This document shows, one piece after another, positions 20,034-29,101 of a stretch of 48,272 nucleotides of DNA. Made by a program: the position numbers and the translations under genes. The stretch is taken from the NCBI GenBank assembly GCA_041746575.1, contig JBGTGT010000102.1, positions 1-48,272 of the forward strand, written 5' to 3'. Position 1 is the stretch's first letter; every line of letters begins with the position of its first letter. The notes below the pieces were generated by a model. The model saw only the letters and a list, made by a program, of their open reading frames with translations, did no database searches and had not been told where the DNA came from. The DNA comes from Microcystaceae cyanobacterium (lineage in GTDB: Bacteria > Cyanobacteriota > Cyanobacteriia > Cyanobacteriales > Microcystaceae).

Positions 20034-20179
20034 GGGTAGATTTCCTCCAGTAGAACAGAAGTCAACAACATTTTGTTTTAATAGGTTAACAGTATCGCTA
20101 TTGGGAAACGATATTGTTTTTTTAGCATTTGCTAGTCTGAAACTAGCCTTTCACCCTGTTGGGAGCAGGAGAAAGCCTT

Positions 20180-21691
20180 TTAGAACTCCAGTCGCTGGTA
20201 TTCAGCAACGGAGGCTGAAGCAGGTCGAGCGCGTTGTCTTGCCCAATCCCGTAGGGCAGTAACCTGTTCAGTCATTGTCCGGGACAAAGGAAGGGTCGAT
20301 TTAATCGACGCAATAATATCTAATTGCGTAAATTCTCGCTCTTGAGCAAAGGCTTCATACATCGCTGCAATCAAGGCTTGCTCAATCTCTGCCCCGGAAA
20401 ATCCATCGGATACCTTGGCTAACTGTTCGATATCGAAGCGGTGAATATCAGAACGACGTTTGCTTAGGTGAATATTAAAGATTGCCTCGCGTTCTTCTGG
20501 TGTCGGCAAATCTACAAAGAAAATTTCGTCAAAACGACCTTTACGTAGGAATTCTCCCGGTAACCGTTCAATTCGATTCGCCGTCGCCATGACAAAGACA
20601 GGGGAGGTTTTTTCTTGCATCCATGTCAAAAAAGAACCAAAAATACGACTGGATGTGCCGCCATCGGAGTCGGCTGAACCGGTTCCTCCGGCAAAGGCTT
20701 TATCTAATTCATCGATGAAGAGGAGGGCGGGTGAAATCGATTCGGCGGTTTTAAGGGCGTTGCGCAGATTGGCTTCTGAACGTCCGACCATTGAACCATC
20801 ATACACCCGTCCCATATCTAAGCGGAGCAGGGGTAAACTCCAGAGACGAGATGTGGTTTTGGCAATGAGGGATTTTCCACAGCCCGGAACGCCTAAAATG
20901 AGCATTCCTTTGGGTTGGGGAAGTCCATACTCTCGCGCTCTTTCGGTGAAGGCATTAGAACGCTGTTTTAGCCATTTTTTCAGTTCCTCTAAGCCGCCGA
21001 CAGAATCAATGGTTTCATCTTCTTCGATGTACTCTAAAATGCCATTGCGGCGAATTAGTTGTTTTTTCTCAGAAAGAACAATTTCTACTTCGTCTTCTGT
21101 TAACTTACCCGATTTGACATAGGCTTTGCGGTAAACTTTTTCGGCTTCATCCTTCGTGAGTCCCAAAGCGGCTTTCAAGAGCTTTTCTCTGGTTTCTGTT
21201 GTCACTCGTTTACTGCGGGTTTTTTCGAGTTGATAAGTTAAAACTTGGTTCAATTCTGTTAAGTCAGGCATCGGAAAGTCCAGAACGACCACATCCTTCT
21301 CTAATTCGATGGGGACTTCCTGTAAGGGAGACATCAAGATGATAATTTTCTCACTTCCCTTAAAACTGACAATTGCATCTCTCAACCAGCGGTTGACACC
21401 GGGAGAGGTAATGAAAGGATGTAAATCTTTAAAAACAAATATACCGGGTTCTCTTCGTCTAACGGCCCACTCCACTGCCGCCTCCGGTGCAATGGTGTTG
21501 TGCTGAGTGGCTTGCCGGGGTTGACCATACTCTACCATGCCGTGGGTCATCGTCCAGATAAATACTGGGCGATTTTGGGCTGTCTGTTGTGCAATTCTAG
21601 CGATGGCCTGTTCAGACCGCTCCTCTTCTGAAGTAATCAGATAAATGAGGGGGTATTGGGCTTGTATCAGGATGCTTAACTCTTCTTTCAT
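20180..21691 (-). CDS. ycf46: Ycf46-family AAA+ ATPase (Slr0374-like)
   Basis: Walker A GVPGCGKS, Walker B LFIDE, RKGRFDEIFFVDLP. Confidence 0.9.
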   Translation of the reverse strand: MKEELSILIQAQYPLIYLITSEEERSEQAIARIAQQTAQNRPVFIWTMTHGMVEYGQPRQATQHNTIAPEAAVEWAVRRREPGIFVFKDLHPFITSPGVNRWLRDAIVSFKGSEKIIILMSPLQEVPIELEKDVVVLDFPMPDLTELNQVLTYQLEKTRSKRVTTETREKLLKAALGLTKDEAEKVYRKAYVKSGKLTEDEVEIVLSEKKQLIRRNGILEYIEEDETIDSVGGLEELKKWLKQRSNAFTERAREYGLPQPKGMLILGVPGCGKSLIAKTTSRLWSLPLLRLDMGRVYDGSMVGRSEANLRNALKTAESISPALLFIDELDKAFAGGTGSADSDGGTSSRIFGSFLTWMQEKTSPVFVMATANRIERLPGEFLRKGRFDEIFFVDLPTPEEREAIFNIHLSKRRSDIHRFDIEQLAKVSDGFSGAEIEQALIAAMYEAFAQEREFTQLDIIASIKSTLPLSRTMTEQVTALRDWARQRARPASASVAEYQRLEF

Positions 21692-21747
21692 GATATCGAC
21701 CCCTACTAGATAGTTTAAACAGACGCTAACGGATGGATTTATCCCAT

Positions 21748-22095
21748 TTAACAGGTGACGAGAGTTTTTTCAGGGGTTTCGTTTGTCCCTTTGACCGTAT
21801 CGGGAATCTCTATCGGCACTTCTTCAACAACCACACTGGGTTGATGTTTCAGAGAAATCATCTCTCCCTCTCGCATAACCATAGCCGCTTCGCATTCGGG
21901 GCAGATATGCACTTGATGGGTTTTCCCGTGGGTAGCAGCCTCAATTTCCTCTATTTTGTCTGGATATTTGAGATAGAAGCCAATGGCTCTTTCAACGAGG
22001 GTTGACATAGATTCTTCGTCCACGGCAGCTCGAATTTTAAGCTGTCGGTGTACAGATTGAGGAAGATAGACGGTTACCTTTTGCTTGTCCTGCAT
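21748..22095 (-). CDS. Ribbon-helix-helix domain protein (Slr0373-like) with a CxxC motif
   Basis: KVTVYLP...HRQLKIRAA...MSTLVERAI RHH pattern; CPEC; first gene of the ycf46 operon. Confidence 0.8.
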   Translation of the reverse strand: MQDKQKVTVYLPQSVHRQLKIRAAVDEESMSTLVERAIGFYLKYPDKIEEIEAATHGKTHQVHICPECEAAMVMREGEMISLKHQPSVVVEEVPIEIPDTVKGTNETPEKTLVTC

Positions 22096-22131
22096 ATTGC
22101 TAATGAGTGGTTGACCCAGCTATGTTTTCAC

Positions 22132-22206
22132 ACTTTACCGAGTTTGTTCGGAACTGTCAAGCTGTTATGCCAGCATGATGGCATAATTGTAACATTTCTT
22201 TACATT
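22132..22206 (-). promoter_or_regulatory. Promoter of the ycf46 operon with an upstream palindrome and an HLR1-like repeat
   Basis: TTGACA-17-TAAAGT (22160-22132); TTATGCCA-N6-TGGCATAA (22165-22186); GTAACATT-N2-TTTACATT (22189-22206). Confidence 0.6.
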
Positions 22207-22225
22207 AAAATATTTTCTTGATTTA

Positions 22226-22795
22226 TTAGGAGAAAAAAGAGCAAATTTGTTGGATTTCAGACACTTTATCGTCATAAATATCGTTTTTTAAGACAGGAAT
22301 GCTATTTGCAAGAGAAATAGGTGAATTAAGATCGATCCAAGATTGGCAGCCCCCGTAGTCTGTAGTGTAAGGGATTAAAATAGGTTCATGCAGTAAATAA
22401 ACTCTTAATAACAATAAATATAATGGCTGGTGGCGTTTCCAGTGCAATCGTTCAGATGCAAATTGCTCGTTACCGATGTGATAAGGCAGAAGGTACTGAA
22501 GTTGATTTTCCTCTGATATTGTGAGAATATCAGTAATATTTGCCCAAGAACGAATCAAAATCTTTTCAGGATGCCAACCCGAGGGAACAGGCGTCACTTG
22601 AGATTGATAATCGGGTTTGAGAAGGTGGGGTTTTTGGTGTTCGTAGGTAGGGAAAAGCAATACTTGACGATATTTAAGACCGAATTGACCTTTTTTTTCC
22701 TTAATTCCCCCTTTTCGTAAAAGCAAAATCGTTCTTCCTCTGCTCAAAGCTTCAATCACAATATTCCATTCTTTGAGTGCATGAGATAAAGTCAT
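22226..22795 (-). CDS. DUF1802 family protein
   Basis: ALKEW, LLRKGGI, LFPTYEHQ, YGGCQSW motifs; likely start MTLSHALKEW. Confidence 0.88.
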   Translation of the reverse strand: MTLSHALKEWNIVIEALSRGRTILLLRKGGIKEKKGQFGLKYRQVLLFPTYEHQKPHLLKPDYQSQVTPVPSGWHPEKILIRSWANITDILTISEENQLQYLLPYHIGNEQFASERLHWKRHQPLYLLLLRVYLLHEPILIPYTTDYGGCQSWIDLNSPISLANSIPVLKNDIYDDKVSEIQQICSFFS

Positions 22796-23029
22796 AGCGA
22801 TCTTTTTCAACCCCGTAATTTGATCATCAGTTGACCCTTTGCATTTTAAAAGTTTATTAAGCAATAAAGCCTTAAAAGCGAGTGTTCGGCAGACACTTAT
22901 CTGTCTTAAGATTGACTTTTTCAACAACCCCTAACGACTGATGCTAGCGTTAAAATAGGCAAGCGGTTGAGGCGTCGCTCTCTCCATATCTTGCTTAATA
23001 TTCAACCCATTCGGCATTTATTTCAAATT

Positions 23030-25024
23030 ATGTGGGATGAAATTCTTAAAGCCTACAAAACTCAGGGTTATATTCCCCATGGCCATTGTTATCTGTGGCA
23101 AACACCCTTAGTTTCCCTTCACGCTATATCCGACATTTTCATCACACTTGCTTATTATTCCATCCCTATAATGTTGCTTTACTTCGTCAGAAAGCGAGCA
23201 GATATTCCTTTTAGAAATATATTTATCCTATTTAGTGCTTTTATCTTGTCCTGTGGAACAACTCATATTTTAGAAGTCTGGACGCTGTGGTATCCTGCCT
23301 ATTGGATATCAGGAGGGGTTAAGGCACTAACGGCTCTTGTTTCAGTCTATACGGCGATTGATTTAATCCCCCTTCTACCGAAAGCGCTCTCTTTGCCCTC
23401 TCCTGCTCAATTAGAGTTACTCAATCAACAATTATCGCAAGAAATTCAACAACGAAAAATTGCTCAACAGAAAATTGAGGCTTTAAATGCTCAATTAGAA
23501 CAAAGAGTTCGAGAGAGGACAGCTGAATTAGAATTGGAAATTGCCGAAAGAAAACAAACCGAAAATGCCTTAAAAGAAAGTAAACGTTTGACCGAAAGAG
23601 TAACCCAATTAACCCCCAACATTCTTTATATTTATGATTTGGAAAATAATTGTAATGTTTACTGTAATGGTTTTATTACCGATATTTTAGGTTATGCGCC
23701 CGAAGAAATTCAAAAAATGGAAAATACGCTTTTAGAAAAACTGATTCATCCCGAAGATTTAGCGATGTTTAAGCAACATTTGCAACGATTTTTGAGTATC
23801 AAAGATGATAGCTACCTTGAAATTGACTATCGTATTCAAGATATTAAAGGACAATGGCAATGGTTTCATAGTCGAGAAACCATTTTTGAACGAAATAGTC
23901 ACGGACAAGTCAAGCAAATTATTGGCATTGCCGCTGATATTACCGAACGCAAAGAGACAGAAGAAACCTTAAAAAAAGTCAATCAGCAAATGACAGAAAG
24001 AGTGAAAGAATTAGAAATTCGCACTCAGCAAATGATTCGCTTAGGAGAAATGACCGACGTTTTACAAGCTTGTTTAAATGTAGCAGAGGCAGAAAGTACC
24101 TTAGCGGATCTGTTAAAACCGCTATTTCCCGGTTGTTCCGGAGCTATTTATATCATTAAACCTTCCCGTGACTTTTTGGAGATTGTGGCTCAGTGGGGCG
24201 ACCATTTAAATAGTAATTTAATATTTACCTCGAATGATTGTTGGGCATTGAGACGAGGAACAACCCATCTCAGCCATCTGGAGCAAACCAGTCTTTATTG
24301 TCGTCATATTAACACAAATCATGATCTCAGAAACTCACTTTGTGTACCCATGATGGCACAAGGAGAAACCCTTGGTTTGTTGCATTTACGATTTGAGAAC
24401 GAGGAGCATTTTACGACTGCAAAATGCCAACTTTTAGAAACTGTTTCTAAACAAATTGCCATCGCTTTAGCTAATTTAAAACTAAGAGAAACGTTACAAC
24501 AGCAAAGTTTTCGAGATGCCTTAACGGGATTATACAATCGTCGTTATTTAGAAGTTTCAATGACCAGAGAAATTCATCGCGCAAAACGCAATAAACAGTC
24601 TTTTTGTGTGGTTATGATCGACGTAGATCATTTTAAAACCTTTAATGATACTTATGGTCACGAGGCGGGTGATTTGGTTTTACAAAATCTTGGGTTATTT
24701 TTGCAAAAGAACACCCGACAATCGGATATCACGTGCCGTTTTGGTGGAGAAGAATTAACAATTATTATGTTAGACTCAGATTTAGATAATGCTCGTATTC
24801 GTGCTGAGAACTTACGTCAAGGAATTAAACAGCTAAAATTGCAATACCATGCCGCAACCTTGAGCAGTATTACGGTGTCAATGGGAATTGCTGCTTTTCC
24901 GGATCATGGTCTTAATGTCGAGCAGTTGTTCAAACTCGCCGATGAAGCGTTGTATCAAGCTAAACGGGAAGGTCGTGATCAGGTTATTTGTGCCACGCTT
25001 GCCTTGATGTCCTTTGAATCTTGA
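23030..25024 (+). CDS. Membrane sensor diguanylate cyclase (ethylene-binding-like TM domain, PAS, GAF, GGDEF)
   Basis: SDIFITLAYYSIP/FILSCGTTH TM sensor; IHPED PAS; SLCVPMMAQGETLG GAF; DALTGLYNRR, RQSD I-site, RFGGEEL. Confidence 0.92.
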   Translation: MWDEILKAYKTQGYIPHGHCYLWQTPLVSLHAISDIFITLAYYSIPIMLLYFVRKRADIPFRNIFILFSAFILSCGTTHILEVWTLWYPAYWISGGVKALTALVSVYTAIDLIPLLPKALSLPSPAQLELLNQQLSQEIQQRKIAQQKIEALNAQLEQRVRERTAELELEIAERKQTENALKESKRLTERVTQLTPNILYIYDLENNCNVYCNGFITDILGYAPEEIQKMENTLLEKLIHPEDLAMFKQHLQRFLSIKDDSYLEIDYRIQDIKGQWQWFHSRETIFERNSHGQVKQIIGIAADITERKETEETLKKVNQQMTERVKELEIRTQQMIRLGEMTDVLQACLNVAEAESTLADLLKPLFPGCSGAIYIIKPSRDFLEIVAQWGDHLNSNLIFTSNDCWALRRGTTHLSHLEQTSLYCRHINTNHDLRNSLCVPMMAQGETLGLLHLRFENEEHFTTAKCQLLETVSKQIAIALANLKLRETLQQQSFRDALTGLYNRRYLEVSMTREIHRAKRNKQSFCVVMIDVDHFKTFNDTYGHEAGDLVLQNLGLFLQKNTRQSDITCRFGGEELTIIMLDSDLDNARIRAENLRQGIKQLKLQYHAATLSSITVSMGIAAFPDHGLNVEQLFKLADEALYQAKREGRDQVICATLALMSFES

Positions 25025-25028
25025 ACAA

Positions 25029-25703
25029 ATGAAAATTAGTGTTATTATTCCCACTCTAAATGAAGCCAAAAACGTGAGCAAGACCTTAGAAACAGTGATC
25101 AGTCAATCTGAGGTGGAAGTCATTGTGGTAGATGGTGGAAGCGTCGATAATACTTTAGAAAAGGTTCAACAATTGGGGGTTAAAGTTCTTCAGTCTTCTC
25201 AAGCCAATAAAGCGATACAAATGAATCTAGGCGCAAGTTTGTCCACGGGAGAAATTCTGTTGTTTCTTCATGGTGATACTCAATTGCCTCAAAATTATGC
25301 TCGAATTATTATAGAAATTTTAGTCAATCCCGTTTATGTTGCTGGCGCATTTCGGTTAAAAATTGATCAGGCTTCTAACGGACTAAAAATGATTGAAACC
25401 CTTGTCAATTGGCGATCGCAGTGGCTCTCTTTACCCTACGGCGATCAAGGTTTATTTTTGAAGAAAAGCACCTTTCAACAGTTAGGGGGGTTTAAACCGC
25501 TACCTATTATGGAGGATTTTGATTTGGTGCGACGCTTGAACCAAAGAGGGAAAATTGCGATCGCTCCTCAAACAGTAATCACTTCAAATCGTCGCTGGCG
25601 TAAGCTGGGCGTCATCAGAACCACTCTATTAAATCAGTTAATCTTATTAAGCTACTATGCTGGTATTTCTCCTCATATTCTAGCAAAATGGTATGGTCGC
25701 TAA
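25029..25703 (+). CDS. GT2 glycosyltransferase, TIGR04283-like
   Basis: ISVIIPTLNE, VDGGSVD, FLHGD, PYGDQGLF, MED, TSNRRW motifs. Confidence 0.88.
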   Translation: MKISVIIPTLNEAKNVSKTLETVISQSEVEVIVVDGGSVDNTLEKVQQLGVKVLQSSQANKAIQMNLGASLSTGEILLFLHGDTQLPQNYARIIIEILVNPVYVAGAFRLKIDQASNGLKMIETLVNWRSQWLSLPYGDQGLFLKKSTFQQLGGFKPLPIMEDFDLVRRLNQRGKIAIAPQTVITSNRRWRKLGVIRTTLLNQLILLSYYAGISPHILAKWYGR

Positions 25704-25912
25704 AAATAATCAATTTTATCTTGTAGTCAACTGAACGGTTTTTCGGGTTATCAGCCCCTATAATCAACCCTTATAATAAGAACATCGTCGGATCATCAAC
25801 AATAATTTTCTCAAGATTGATTCTGAAATACGGAAACTCTTTAGGCTACTCTGTAGTGATTAAAGTGACTCCAGTGCAACCCATCATTTTCCTAAGGAGT
25901 GAAAACACCTTT

Positions 25913-26188
25913 ATGTCTTATCATCCCAATTCCTCTGCTTTTTCTGACTCGGATTTACAGGAAGAATTGTTAGAGGCTTTATTAGAAAGTGAAGAAGCCT
26001 ATCCTTGGAATCCCCTTGATCCAGAAGTTGATGCCTATTTTGACGAGTTAGAAAGCCAATTTGACCTCGTTGATTCTTCAGACGAAGCTTTTAATCAACA
26101 AGCTGATGATTTCTTTAGTACGTTACATCAGCATTGGACACGATTCGATCCCCAACCTCCTTCCTATTTGCAAACGAATATTTCTTAG
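25913..26188 (+). CDS. Acidic cyanobacterial hypothetical protein (YPWNP motif), possibly truncated
   Basis: AAGGAG upstream of the ATG at 25913; YPWNP...YF motif. Confidence 0.6.
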   Translation: MSYHPNSSAFSDSDLQEELLEALLESEEAYPWNPLDPEVDAYFDELESQFDLVDSSDEAFNQQADDFFSTLHQHWTRFDPQPPSYLQTNIS

Positions 26189-26392
26189 ATAGTTCACTCT
26201 TTTGTAAAATAGGCTTTTGTCTCAGTGAGATTGCCAAAACATCGTCCGCTTGCTCTATTGCTTTCTTTGCGAGCAGGAAAATTTTTTATTTAACTTATCG
26301 AGTATTTTATTGCAGATATCAGCAGTATAAATGAGATAGAGAAAGAAGGATCTCGCTTGTGTTGATCCCCTCATCGAGTCGTAAGCGGCTAT

Positions 26393-26415
26393 AAAAAAAG
26401 CTCCTAGTGGGAGCT
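26393..26415 (-). terminator. hemC terminator
   Basis: AGCTCC-N5-GGAGCT followed by a T tract on the minus strand. Confidence 0.65.
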
Positions 26416-26456
26416 ATCCGGTTTTTTGACCTTTCAATACTCAACAAAATAATTAA

Positions 26457-27398
26457 TTAACGATTAATTTCGGCAAAAATGGCCGATAGGATTTCACCTG
26501 CGCCTGCTTCTCGCAGTTTTTGCGCCAAGGCGAGTCCAATAGCCTCTGCTTCATCAGGTGATCCGGTAAGAGTATCTTTAATCAACTGTTTGCCGTCCAG
26601 ACTAGCGACCATTCCCGTTAAACTTAAAACCCCTTGTTCAATCTGCGTATTGACGCCAATGGGAACTTGACAACCTCCTTCTAAGGAACGCAAGAGGGCT
26701 CTTTCTGCATAACAGCGATCGCGGGTATCAGCGTCTTCGAGGACTTTAATGACGTCTAAAATCTTAGCATCATCGCAACGACATTCAATGCCTAATGCAC
26801 CTTGGCCGACGGCGTGTAAGGAGATTTCTGGAGGTATAACTTGATCAATGCGATCGCTCATGCCTAGGCGGGTTAATCCAGCAACCGCCAACACAATGGC
26901 ATCATATTCCCCAGTATCTAATTTCGCTAGACGAGTATTTACATTGCCTCGAATATCTTTGAAGGTTAACTGAGGATAATGGTGACGGAGTTGCGCTAAC
27001 CGTCGCAGGGAAGATGTGCCAATCACTGAGCCTTCGGGAAGCGTCTCTAACTGTTTGTCTTGATGTTTAGCATTGAGAACTAAGGCATCGGCCGGATCAA
27101 CTCTTTGGGTGATGCAACCTAACATTAAACCATTGGGTAAATTCGTGGGTAAGTCTTTGAGGGAATGAACGGCTAAGTCGGTGCTACCGTTAAGCATTCC
27201 CACTTCTAATTCTTTGGTAAATAGTCCTTTATCGCCAATTTTGGCTAAGGCTACATCCAAAATCTTGTCCCCTTGGGTACTCATGGCTTCAACTTCAAAA
27301 TGTTTATCGGGGAAGTGTTTTTGTAGTTCTTCTTGTACCCAGTAGGTTTGCACTAGGGCGAGCTGACTTTTACGAGAACCAATACGAATAGCGGTCAT
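26457..27398 (-). CDS. hemC: Hydroxymethylbilane synthase (porphobilinogen deaminase)
   Basis: [38 protein letters not shown]. Confidence 0.98.
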   Translation of the reverse strand: MTAIRIGSRKSQLALVQTYWVQEELQKHFPDKHFEVEAMSTQGDKILDVALAKIGDKGLFTKELEVGMLNGSTDLAVHSLKDLPTNLPNGLMLGCITQRVDPADALVLNAKHQDKQLETLPEGSVIGTSSLRRLAQLRHHYPQLTFKDIRGNVNTRLAKLDTGEYDAIVLAVAGLTRLGMSDRIDQVIPPEISLHAVGQGALGIECRCDDAKILDVIKVLEDADTRDRCYAERALLRSLEGGCQVPIGVNTQIEQGVLSLTGMVASLDGKQLIKDTLTGSPDEAEAIGLALAQKLREAGAGEILSAIFAEINR

Positions 27399-27583
27399 AG
27401 GTAATTCTGAGAAAATAATTCAATTTATCTTAGGGGACTCGATCTAGCGTATCGTAGTGGTCGACCCCCCGTTAAGCGATCGCTCTGTTTCTGCCTAAAA
27501 TAGTTACATCTGTTAACATTTCTGCCAGAAGACTTGGTGAAAAACAAGAATTTTGCTATGCTGATAAAGCTGTGTAAAAATGC

Positions 27584-27654
<71 letters not shown>

Positions 27655-27789
27655 TTTTTTTAGGTGTTTGAAAAAGCTTTAAAGGGTGCTTAGGCTATCC
27701 TTATAAATTCTAATACCAATTTTCGTAGAGGCTCAGAACTATGACGACTATTCTCCTAAGTGATATTAAATAAAGTAAACTCTCAATAA

Positions 27790-28044
27790 CTATTGACCCA
27801 GTCCAGCAGGAATCACAATCGCAGCGACGGCGGTAACAATTAAACCAAAGGCTAAGTTAACGACTGGCTGATAAGCTTTTTGATAGATGTCAATTCTGAT
27901 ATTAGAATTCTTGAATTCTGCTAAAATTTCGCTTAACTTTCCTTCATTCTTCAAACCCGTAACGTCGGTTTCCAGTCCATCCAAGCGAGATTCGACTCCA
28001 TCTAACCGAATTTTAATACGTTCTAGGCGATCTCGTTCAGTCAT
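27790..28044 (-). CDS. Small coiled-coil protein with a C-terminal TM helix
   Basis: Heptad RLDG-type repeats, then YQKA..VVNLAFGLIV TM segment. Start is either the ATG at 28044 or the GTG at 28053. Confidence 0.7.
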   Translation of the reverse strand: MTERDRLERIKIRLDGVESRLDGLETDVTGLKNEGKLSEILAEFKNSNIRIDIYQKAYQPVVNLAFGLIVTAVAAIVIPAGLGQ

Positions 28045-28161
28045 AGTCTTCACTTTTTGAGTACATTGTAAAGGATGAGGACTTGTCAGAGCGAGGTTGG
28101 CCGTTTAGATTTGACCAAACTATTGCTTTGACAACTTTACGTTACAGAGTTTCTAGTTTTA

Positions 28162-28235
28162 CGCGACTAGCAGGACTCGAACCTGCAACCGACGACTTAG
28201 AAGGTCGCTGCTCTATCCTGTTGAGCTATAGTCGC
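28162..28235 (-). tRNA. trnR: tRNA-Arg(TCT)
   Basis: Minus strand GCGACTA...TAGTCGCG, anticodon loop CTTCTAA, GGTTCGAGTCC T arm. Confidence 0.96.
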
Positions 28236-28572
28236 ATCAAAAAATAGTCCTTATTGATCATACTATAAGTGGTTACGCTTTTGGTTGATTTTTCGGGTTA
28301 GGTTTTCAGTTTTGGGGATGGATGAATAATATTCAATCTTGTTTGTCGAGTAAGAATCATAAAAGGTATCAGCCAGAAAAAGGCAACCGAGATGACGCAA
28401 CTTCATCTAATGGATTTTAATCGTACCTATCCCTGTTTTGATACCTCCCTAAACTAAAAAGAGACCAGAAGAAAGAAGGTTGGCAATATAGATCAAATCT
28501 AACGAATGAATGTAAGCATCCTTGTTTTGCTTTGCTTTTAACTTGTCTAATTTGAGTTGACGTTTTTCAACT

Positions 28573-29076
28573 TTAAGTTTGTTCTTGCTCTTGATTGAGT
28601 TTATTTTCTAACGCTTGAATGTTTTCTCGTTGAGTTTCTAATTCTAATTGACGCTTTCCGAGTTTAAGTTGTTCTTTTTTAAGTTGGCTTTCTAAGGCTT
28701 GAATTTGTTCGCGTTGGGTTTCTAATTCTAATTGGCGACGGGTTAAATCGAGGCTTTTTGCCGTAATTTCTTGTCTTCCCTGTTCAATTCTGGCCATTTC
28801 CTTTTCAACCCAGTCAGGGGTAATAGTCGGATAGGATAAATATTGTTTCACCAACTCTAATACCCAATTCTTGGCATTCCCAAGGGTTAAAATTTGCTGG
28901 TTTTCTCCTAATTCGACGATAACTAAATTTCCTTGCTCAAAGTTATTTATTTTTTCGCAGAAGATGGTTTCAGGAGTTGAGACTTGCCATAAATTGTCAG
29001 CTTTTTGATAGGCTAACAAATATAGCTCTTTTTCGCCTGAATGATGATTTTTTTGAACTTGAGCTAGGTACAGCAT
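28573..29076 (-). CDS. Short coiled-coil protein with an HmpF-like N-terminus
   Basis: MLYLAQV...LYLLAYQ...W...GNLVIVEL resembles the HmpF N-domain (from memory); internal 28-aa duplication. Confidence 0.7.
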   Translation of the reverse strand: MLYLAQVQKNHHSGEKELYLLAYQKADNLWQVSTPETIFCEKINNFEQGNLVIVELGENQQILTLGNAKNWVLELVKQYLSYPTITPDWVEKEMARIEQGRQEITAKSLDLTRRQLELETQREQIQALESQLKKEQLKLGKRQLELETQRENIQALENKLNQEQEQT

Positions 29077-29101
29077 AGCAAACAGGACACAGCAGGAAGA
29101 G

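Noticed and set aside
17649..22005. Plus-strand ORFs within the topoisomerase and ycf46 operon genes
   Set aside because: Antisense shadows of well-supported genes.
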